Assembly: GCA_964016885.1 (NCBI GenBank)
Contig: OZ024741.1
Coordinates: 295,492,001 to 295,556,000, forward strand
Length of the DNA stretch: 64,000 nucleotides
Direction of reading: 5' to 3'
From: Eledone cirrhosa
Taxonomy: Eukaryota
The position numbers were made by a program, and so were the translations under genes. The notes under the pieces were generated by a model. That model was given only the letters and a program-made list of their open reading frames with translations. It searched no databases and had not been told where the DNA came from. This document shows positions 55,036 through 64,000 of this stretch, piece after piece. Within the stretch, counting starts at the first letter, position 1. Each line of letters opens with the position of its first letter.

Positions 55036-55994
55036 TAGATGGTGGAGAAAGGATGCCAAGTGTTTTTATAAACAGCTAAGAAAATATACAAAGGTATGCA
55101 GTGGGGTGGAAACTACTGATGGTCTTCTGTATCAACAAAAAACAGTTCAATTAAGTACATACAATGGTGTAAGTCTGCTTGTAATTGCAAATAGAGTATG
55201 GGAGGAGAAGATACTCTATTTCAGACCAGTAGCCTAGCCACAGTATGTACTACCTGTGATGATGCTTGTGTTCCCCACCCCTATAAAAACACAACACAAT
55301 ACACATTAAAAAAATGACAAGAAGTCCCACCCTACACACACACAAGCTGCCACTGTTTTAGGCAGGGATGTAAATCAGAGAAAAAGGATCCTGACCAAAA
55401 TTTTAGAGCACTAGTTTTCCAGTGTTCTTGGTCCACAGACCACAACCCTATTGCACAACTGCTATTGGAGCAGAGTTGGCTGCCCACAAGTGTAAGCCCT
55501 ACAAGGTGGAGTGGCTGTTCCAGTACGTCTCCTTTGCTGTCCTCTAGGGCAATGTATTCTCCATCCTATTGGCAGGAAGCCAGAGGCAGAGTAGCTGGAG
55601 GAGGAGGATACTCTTTCAGACACCACACATATACACACATACTCAACCATATAACCAAATGAATAATAAAGTTTATATCACCTGCTAACTGAAAACAGAC
55701 CACTTAGATACAATATACAGAAAACTGATTGATTTTGCTAGATTGATTCTAGTGAACTATTGTTTCCTGTATATATAACTTGTAACAACAGGGTGTTTAG
55801 TATAAAAGAAAATTGCCTGAATTAGCAGGACTTAGGATAAGATCAATTAAAACAACGTTTGCAATGAACACTACATAGGATCAAAATGAGTAGTGGGGTC
55901 AAATCACTCAAAGTCAAGCAAGCTCTACCAGATGATGCAGATGACAGACACACACGTATATATGTGTATGTGCGTATGTGTTTTTGTGTGTGTG

Positions 55995-56334
55995 TGAAAG
56001 CACATGGCTTAGTGGTTAGAGCATTGGGCTTGCGTTTGGGAGGTTGTGAGTTCATTTCACGGACCGGCTGATGAATTGTCCTTGAACAAGACACTTTATT
56101 TCATGTTGCTCCAGTTTACTCAGCTGTAGAAATGAGTTGCGACGTCACTGATGCCAAGCTGTATCGGCCATTACCTTTCCCTTGGACAACATAGGTGGTG
56201 TAGAGAGGAGAAACCAGTTTGCATGGTCAACTGCTGGTCTTCCACAAACAACTTTGCATGGATTTGTGCCTTTGAGAGGAACTTTCTAGAGTGAAAATCC
56301 CATGGTCATTCTTGACTGAAGGGAGGTGTTTACC

Positions 56335-56337
<3 letters not shown>
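55995..56337 (+). mobile_element. SINE S2, long copy
   Basis: catggcttagtggttagagc...gagttcatttc...aagacactttatttca...ctcagctgtagaaatgag. Confidence 0.8.
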
Positions 56338-56377
<40 letters not shown>

Positions 56378-56381
<4 letters not shown>

Positions 56382-59278
56382 CTTTTCTGGGTGGGAAATG
56401 ACAATGGGCTGGGTGGTGTAGGAATCATCGTAGCAGAAAGTGGGCAGATAAGATAATAGACGTAAATAGAGTGAACGACAGAATAATTGAAATAAGACTT
56501 GTCCTCAATAGAACTACTATGACAATAATATGTGCATATGCACCACAATCCGGACTGCCTGGCATTATAAAAGACAGATTCTATGAGACTTTAATGCTCA
56601 CTACCTCCCAAATAACTGACAGTAACTACATAATTATCGCTGGCGACCTAAATGGTCACGTTGGGCAACATTGTGATGGCTATGACGGAATCCATGGAGG
56701 CTATGGGTTTGGTACTAGAAATAAGGAAGGCTCCAGAATCCTGGAATTCTGTGACGCAAATAACCTAACTATCTGTAACACAAACTTCAAAAAACGAGAC
56801 AATCACTTGATCGCCTATAGATCGGGGGAACACACAAGCCAGGTAGATTATATCCTTACCAGAAGATGTGACAGAGTGTCTGTTGTAAACACTAAATCCC
56901 TCCCCCATGAAGAATGCACCTCTCAACATAGACTCATAATTAGCGACCTCATAGTCAGGACGAGACGTACTCGACAACAAAAGAGGACTATCCTCAGGAG
57001 AAAAATATGGAAGTTAAAGGACCCCACAGCCAGTAATAAATTTAAAAGCATATTACTTGATGCTTTTGATAGTAAGGAAGAGCAATTAGAGTCGTACAAT
57101 ATAGAGGAACAGTGGGAATTCCTGAAAGCTAACCTGCTGAAGGCGACAGATGAAACCTGTGGCTGGAGCAGACCTATAGGCAGGAGGAGAGTAACTTGGT
57201 GGTGGAACAGTAAGGTGGAGGGGTCAATCAAGGCCAAAAAGTAGGCTTGGAAAGCATGGCGGGATGGTGGAAGTAGAGAAGACTATCAAGTGGCCAGGAG
57301 GAAAGCTAGGAGACAAGTGTACTTCGCAAGAAGGGAAGCAGAGGAAAGAAAGTTCAAGCATGTTCTACAATGCGAGGACCAAAAACGTGAGGTGTTCAGG
57401 ATTGCTAGGCAATGTGTCAAGGAAAACCGTGATATTGTCGGGGAGAAGTGTGTCCTTAATGATGATGGTGTATTTGCCATCACTGACGCTGATAAGAAGG
57501 TAGCTTGGAAGTGTCACTACGAAAGGCTACTAAATGAGGAGAAAAATTTGGAGAAAGACAGTCTCTCCCACCAATAGAGGGACCAGCAGTGCAAGTTGAA
57601 GGTAGTATAATAAGTAAGGCGATCAAAGACATGAAGTCAGGCAAGGCGGCTGGGCCTTCGGAAATAGTTGCTGAAATGCTGAAAGCATCTGGAATGGTGG
57701 GACACACTATGGTCATCCGGATAGTAAACCAAGTCATACAGAATGGGGTCGTTCCGAAGGACTGGCGCAGCAACATCATCATTAACTGCTACAAGGGTAA
57801 AGGAGATGCCCTAGATAGGGGAAACTATAGAGGCATTAAATTAATTGACCAGGTCATGAAGGTCACAGAAAAAGTAATAGCGCAACTAATCAGAGAGCGA
57901 ATTGATCTAGATGCAATGCAGTTCGGGTTTGTGTCAGGTAAAAGTACCACAGACGCTCTTTTCATTGTACGACAACTACAGGAGAAGTACCTAGCTAAAA
58001 GTAAACCCCTATACTTAGCTTTCGTCGACTTGGAGAAGGCCTTCGACAGAGTCCCCCGTTCCATTATCTGGTGGGCTCTTAGAAAACTAGGTGTTGATGA
58101 ATGGCTTGTGAGAGCTATACAAGCCATGTATAAAGAAACAGTCAGCAAGGTTAGAATTAACAACGAATATAGTGAAGAGTTTAGAATAAAAGTTGGTGTT
58201 CATCAGGGCTCCGTCTTTAGCGCCCTACTATTTATTATTGCCCTTCAGGCTATAACAGAGGAGTTCAAGACCGGCTGCCCATGGGAACTTCTATACACAG
58301 ATGATCTAACGCTCATAGCTGAATCAATGGCTGAACTAGAGAAGAAATTCCAAACATGGAAGCATATTCCTGTCTAAGACTAATGTTCTAGTTTGTAGGA
58401 AGGAAAATAGGGCACTGGTCCCATCTGGGAAATGGCCATACTCAGTGTGTAGGAAAGGAGTAGGCAGAAACTCCATTTTATGTCCCAAATGCAAAGTATG
58501 GGTGCATAAAAAATGTAGTGGGATTACAGGTAAGCTAACTAAGAATATAGATTTTATATGTGGCCGGTGCTCAGGTGCAATAAGTAACAGCAAGTGCCCA
58601 CAAAATACTAGCTCATTCCATTGCACAGATGGTTCTATAGAAATAGTGGACACCTTCCGTTACCTGGGTGACAAAATCAGCAGTGGCGGAGGGTGCTCTG
58701 AAAGTACAGTAGCTAGAGTCAGAACGGGATGGAAAAAGTTCAGAAAGCTAATACCACTATTGGTCGCTAAAGGGTTCTCTCTAAAAATGAAAGGCAGGCT
58801 GTATGATGCCTGCATACGAACAGCAATGTTACATGGCAGTGAGACCTGGGCATTGTGTGCAGAGGATATACGCAAACTGGAGAGGAACGAAGCTTGCATG
58901 CTCCGTTGGATGTGTAATAGTAATATACGTGAACGGCAAAGCATAAATGAACTAAGGGAGAAATTAGGAATAAGAGGAATCAGATGTTGTTTACTCGAGA
59001 GAAGACTACGTTGGTATGGTCACGTGATGCGCATGAAAGACAACAGCTGCATAAAAAAAGTGCAGGGCGATAAAAATAGACGGTAGCCACAGAGTAGGCA
59101 GACCCAGAAAAACCTAGGACGACTTGATAAATTCCGACCTCAAACACTTACACCTCTCCAAGACAATGTCACTGGACCGAGATCTTTGGCGCTACACAGT
59201 AATACAGAAGACCCGTCTTGCCTAAGTACAAAGCGAAACCTACAGTCAGTAAGCACCTGTAACAAAAATACACCCCCT
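56378..59278 (+). mobile_element. Near full-length RTE LINE ORF (APE + RT + PHD-like finger), disrupted by stops and frameshifts
   Basis: YAPQSG, GDLNGHVG, SQVDYIL, SQHR (APE); RT ORFs 57589..58377 and 58445..59086 closely match the 43-45 kb copy. Confidence 0.95.
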
Positions 59279-59280
59279 AA

Positions 59281-59809
59281 TACATACTACTGTACGTCTG
59301 TATACATATATGTATGTACGTATACATACTTATATTTAAGTATCAGCCGTACTATGAATGAGAAATGAAATTTCATTTTTTCCATTTATCGTTTTCGGTA
59401 CCCCGGCCGATTAACTCACTCGATATGCAAATTAGGCTGCTCAGCCGTTAATATGCATAAGGAAAGTATATACTTTCAAACGTTCAATCGACTGTCAGGA
59501 AGATATATGGTACTGATGACAGCTAATAAGCTAGAAACTAGTTCATCGTTCCTTTGTCAGTGTTGAACAAAAGAGCAACGATGGTTGCCGAACACTGTAC
59601 GGCTTAATTCGAGCTGTTTGTTTACAAACAAACCGAACATTATAATAAATGTTCGGTAAACACATACGTACATATATATATATGTGTGCATGTATGTATG
59701 TATATACATACTACTGTACGTCTGTATACATATATGTATGTATGTATACATACTTATATTTAAGTAACAGCCGTACTAAGAGAGAGAAATGAAATTTAAT
59801 TTTTTCCAT
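59281..59809 (+). mobile_element. ~424-bp non-coding unit with ~105-bp terminal direct repeat and a central hammerhead-like core
   Basis: 59281-59385 repeated at 59705-59809; CTGATGA-c agct aata agct a-GAAA-ctag-TT at ~59513-59543 (stem I weak). Confidence 0.55.
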
Positions 59810-59833
59810 ATTATATATATATATATCATATAC

Positions 59834-60137
59834 ATCATCATCATCATCGTTTAACGTCCATCTTCCACGCTTGCATGGGTTTGGATGGGAGTTTTCCCAC
59901 TTGAGGCAAGATTTGTTGTCCTGCTCATATAGGACTGTCTGGCAGGTTTTCTACGGCTGGATGCCCTCCCTAACACCAACCACGTTTACAGTGTGGACTG
60001 GGAGGTTTTTACCGTGTTACCTACACGGCCACATTACAGCGTGGACTGTGTGTTTTTTGTCGTGACACCTACATGACCTCATTTGCTTCGGCCTGGATGT
60101 TGTGGTACCAACATAACTTCACATTTAAGGGGGTGGT
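59834..60137 (-). mobile_element. RTE 3'UTR in inverted orientation
   Basis: Reverse complement of ~45007-45315. Confidence 0.88.
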
Positions 60138-60138
60138 A

Positions 60139-60518
60139 AATCAAAATGGATGCAGTAAAAACCTGTTATACCATTATTCACCAGAGTACTCGATACTTGG
60201 AGTAGTAGGGTGTGGTAATATGAAAGAGTCAGGACCCCGACGGCTGAGCTCTTGCCGTTTCAACAGCTAGTTCCAAACTAGATGTTGAAACATCAAGAGC
60301 TCAGCCACCGGCATACTCTTTCCTATATATATATATATATATATAAGGGAAAATGTTTAACCCCGAAGGCAGAGCTCAAGCCGTTTCAAAGGCTATTTCA
60401 GTCCAGAAATAGCCGTCGAAACAGCTTGAGCTCTGCCATCGGGGTTAAACATTTTCCTATTACCCACTCTACAACCCTAAGTATTGAGTACTCTGGTATC
60501 TTACCACACCTCCTTTGA
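60139..60518. mobile_element. Hairpin+tail elements type B (60139-60323, minus) and type A (60348-60518, plus)
   Basis: Homologous to 34784-34974 and 34491-34676; separated by (TA)n. Confidence 0.75.
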
Positions 60519-60531
60519 TATATATATATAT

Positions 60532-60790
60532 GAAGTGTTTCCGTAGGAAAGGTAAAGGAAAAGAGAGTGTTCTATGTAGACTACAGAGCTTTTTAGTTAT
60601 GTAATAAACACCATAAGATAATTATTTCATTTACCAAAGGTTTCACGAGGACAGACGAGCCTGACATAGACGTCTGACTTCGCTCGTCCATTCTGACGAG
60701 CGAAATCAGACGTCTATGTCAGGCTCGTCTGTCTTCATGAAACCTTTGGTAAATGAAATAATTATCTCGTTTTTTTTTTATTACATAACT
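60532..60790. mobile_element. Foldback element: ~95-bp arms plus ~60-bp unpaired tail, in (TA)n
   Basis: Arms ~60596-60688 / 60695-60790, loop cattct. Confidence 0.7.
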
Positions 60791-61992
60791 ATATATATAT
60801 ATATACATTTAATATAGAAATGACTTCTGCAAAGGAAACAGTTCTAGTCCTGTAAAAGTCATTTCTATAATAAAATGAATATGCCTATACTCTACTAACG
60901 TATTCAGTACCTTTTTTTATCAGCGTTCACCTTCCAATTTACATTGGGATTCTACACACACATATAATCCTAGTTATATTCCATCCTCTAATATTTTTAA
61001 TAATTTTGCTTTTATCCTAAACCTAACTCACTCACACCTCTATCTACATCTCTATCTTCACATATTCATCATCACTACCATTTTAAAGTCTGCTCTCTCA
61101 AACAATGAAATATAAACACAAAACGTTTATAATTTTAACAAGTTCTAACTCAATTATTTGTTCCAACTATTTCTTCTTTCCCTATAGCTCACTCGTCACA
61201 CTGCAAGTCTAGCTTCCCCCTCAATCCTCATTTACATAACACTGTCATGGACTACATACAACTACATCTACTCAACCCACTATATATATATATACCTCCA
61301 CTCTCATTAAGCGTGAACCTAATTCCATTTTTAACTTGTACTCCTGCATTATTGTTGTTGTTTTTTACTTTCCTATATATATATATATATAAAACTAAGA
61401 AACTTAACAAAGAGAAGATAAAATATTGAACGAAAACAAGGCAAAACGAAAAACAATATTTTTGAAGGAGAAACCTTCGAAATTTATTTAACATAATCAG
61501 CTGTACCTCTCCTCCAAAAATGTTGGCTTTATGTTTGTCTTAGAAGCAATTATTGTATATAGATCCATTAGTCAATGCTTTTATTACTGAATATTTTCAA
61601 TCAGTATTTGTAGAAGTATTTTTCATCATGCCTTCTAATTTCATGTCATTACTGAATAATATCAATCAGGAAAATGTCAGATGTTATATAGGAATATAAA
61701 AAAATAGGAATTGCAAAAGAAAATATATAGAAAATAAATAAATTTCTTTCTTTTAAATTTCATTAACATAACTGTAATCTACAACTTTTGAAAACGTATC
61801 TCTGTAAAATTTCATTAAAAATATGCATCATTAGGAAAGTTATAAGAAAACAAAATCTGTGGAAGGAGCACTAAACTGTAGTTAGGTCAACAGTTGTTTC
61901 GTTTGAGCCCCATGTAGATCTATTATCAAAGGCATTCTATCTATGGCAATTTTGTCTTTTCTTTCAGACACTGCATCTTACATTATTTAATA

Positions 61993-62173
61993 TTGGCAGT
62001 GTCGGTAGAGGGTCGGACGCCATGCTTTGCAGCACAGTTACGTCCCTTTACGGATTGCGTTCAAATCCCGCCGAGGTTAACTTTGCCTTTCATCCTTACG
62101 GGGTCGATAAAATAAAGTACCAGTAATACACTGGGATAATTGCTGGCCTTGTGCCAAAAGTAGAAACAATTAT
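61993..62173 (+). mobile_element. SINE S1
   Basis: Matches the S1 consensus; flanked by the repeat attatttaat. Confidence 0.87.
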
Positions 62174-62294
62174 TTAATGTAATGTGTGTATATTTATTTT
62201 ATTTTGAAAGACTTCAGGATGATTTGAGGGAAATTTGACTTCTATCTTCAACAAAGCAAATAACTACATAGAGGTTTGTTTAATAAAGTCTAAA

Positions 62295-62566
62295 GTCTGT
62301 CTTGAGCTCAGGGGTTTATCAGGCCTGTGCTCATTCCGGTTTCTGTGAAGCAACTGAAAGTACAAAACTTCCCCCTGGACAGGATGCCAGTCCATCACAG
62401 GATTGAACCCCCAGTCACTGCTGGTACTCATTTTTCAGCTGTGTATACTGAAGCACCATGAAACGAAGTGTTTTGCTCAAGAAAACAACACACAACCCAG
62501 TCCAGGAATCGAACCCATGATGTTATGATCATAAATCCATCACCCTAACCTCTAGGCCATGCCTCC
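62295..62566 (-). mobile_element. tRNA-derived SINE related to S2
   Basis: Reverse complement has ggcatggcctagaggttaggg, gggttcgattcc, ttgagcaaaacacttc. Confidence 0.7.
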
Positions 62567-63710
62567 ACTCATTCAAATACAACTAGTTTTCTTTCTAAGC
62601 TATTTTGTAGCTTAATGCTAAACCTTACATTCTATCATAAATATTAGACAGTTTCATCTTACACATTAATACACAAGTTCTTCTGTCAAGTAAAACATCT
62701 CAGAGAAAAGGTTTACACAAGAACTGTCATAGATACAGCAATAGAACAGCAATACAGGGATCAAGTGTTGTTCACCATTGATTTAATGTTGTCTGCTCAT
62801 TTCCTTTCCACGTTTTCACCTTCACATTTTTATATTTGTATTAGATTTCCTTTTCTTTGTTATTGGAGCCTTAAGTTTTTGTTTTTTTATATAACAATTT
62901 ATATTTAAGGCAAAACAAAAAGAAATGAAGTAAATTCACAATGGTTCTTAAATTCTCTGCTTGACCTCTCTCCTAACTCCTGATATTACAGTGTTTTTGT
63001 TCTTTCATATATGTCTTGCTTTTTACAAACACACACATACATACATACATACATACATACATACATACATACATACATACATACATACATACATACATTC
63101 ATACATATATGATATATATATATATATATATTATATCTTGTACTGTCATTTCTCTAATACGACGAGTGTGTTTAACTCTAACGCACTCAAGTATTTTTAT
63201 CTTATATATATATATATATATGAATTTTTATAAATTGTAGGATTCTCAGCGCAATGGGTAGCTGTAAACAGCTGATTACTATATGTATAGTAAAAAGTCA
63301 GGTTAAGATATAACCACATACTGAGCGGAGAAATGGAGAGAGGGAGATAAAGGAAGAAAGAGAGTCTAAAGCATGAGATGAGAAATGAGAGGGGTATAGA
63401 GAGAGAGAAGAAAAAAGCGGAATGAGATCGATGGAGCAGAACTTTTTGAGAATTGAGAAAAATAAATAAAAAATAATGGAAAAAGGATGAAGAAAGTAAA
63501 CTAACAAGAAAAATAGAATTTTAGTGTCATATGAATCATCAGCGCCCTTCTAGACCAACATGGTTTCTTGCAGGAAAAAATAGGAAGGACCATATATATA
63601 TAAGGCTAGCCAGTGCATCAGAACCTAAATTTCTGTTAGTCTGACACTGCAATACAGGAACAAGAGAGCAGTAGTAATAGCATGGGAGAAGGCGATAGTG
63701 TGTATATATA

Positions 63711-63773
<63 letters not shown>

Positions 63774-64000
63774 AAGATCGGAATTAAGAGTATTCCGCAG
63801 TTCACTGTAATAATAATAATAGCATTAGCTCTCAAAGAAGAATAGATAATTTCCTTCTGAACTCAAATGCAAGTATATATTACACAAAGAGAAGTGTGTT
63901 ACACAGTGAGATGTGTGTAAGGAATTATTACAAGTGAGTTTACCGTTACTGTATAGGGAACAAGTTAGCAATTAAATAGAAAAAAAACTAAGTCAGAATC

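Overview
This is AT-rich, repeat-dense eukaryotic DNA with no convincing host protein-coding gene, so it is probably intronic or intergenic. The mix of RTE LINEs with (ATG)n tails, tRNA-derived SINEs and abundant (TA)n/(GA)n tracts resembles cephalopod (Octopus-like) genomes; this is an inference, not a database match. Identified elements are: the 5' half of a decayed L1/Tx1-type LINE, a split Helitron remnant, four large and several small RTE copies (the large ones carry a PHD-type zinc finger inside the RT), two Penelope-like elements (Naiad-type and Neptune-type), CRE-like 3' fragments, hAT- and piggyBac-type MITEs, two SINE families, and four minisatellite arrays. The strongest hidden signal is a set of minimal hammerhead ribozyme motifs (CUGANGA...GAAA-palindrome-UH) in several unrelated non-coding elements. 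These elements sit in or against (TA)n tracts, and several share an asymmetric 'long hairpin + unpaired tail' build. This points to a family-rich Penelope/retrozyme-like system with small non-autonomous hairpin-tail passengers. Coordinates were read by eye and may be off by a few bases.
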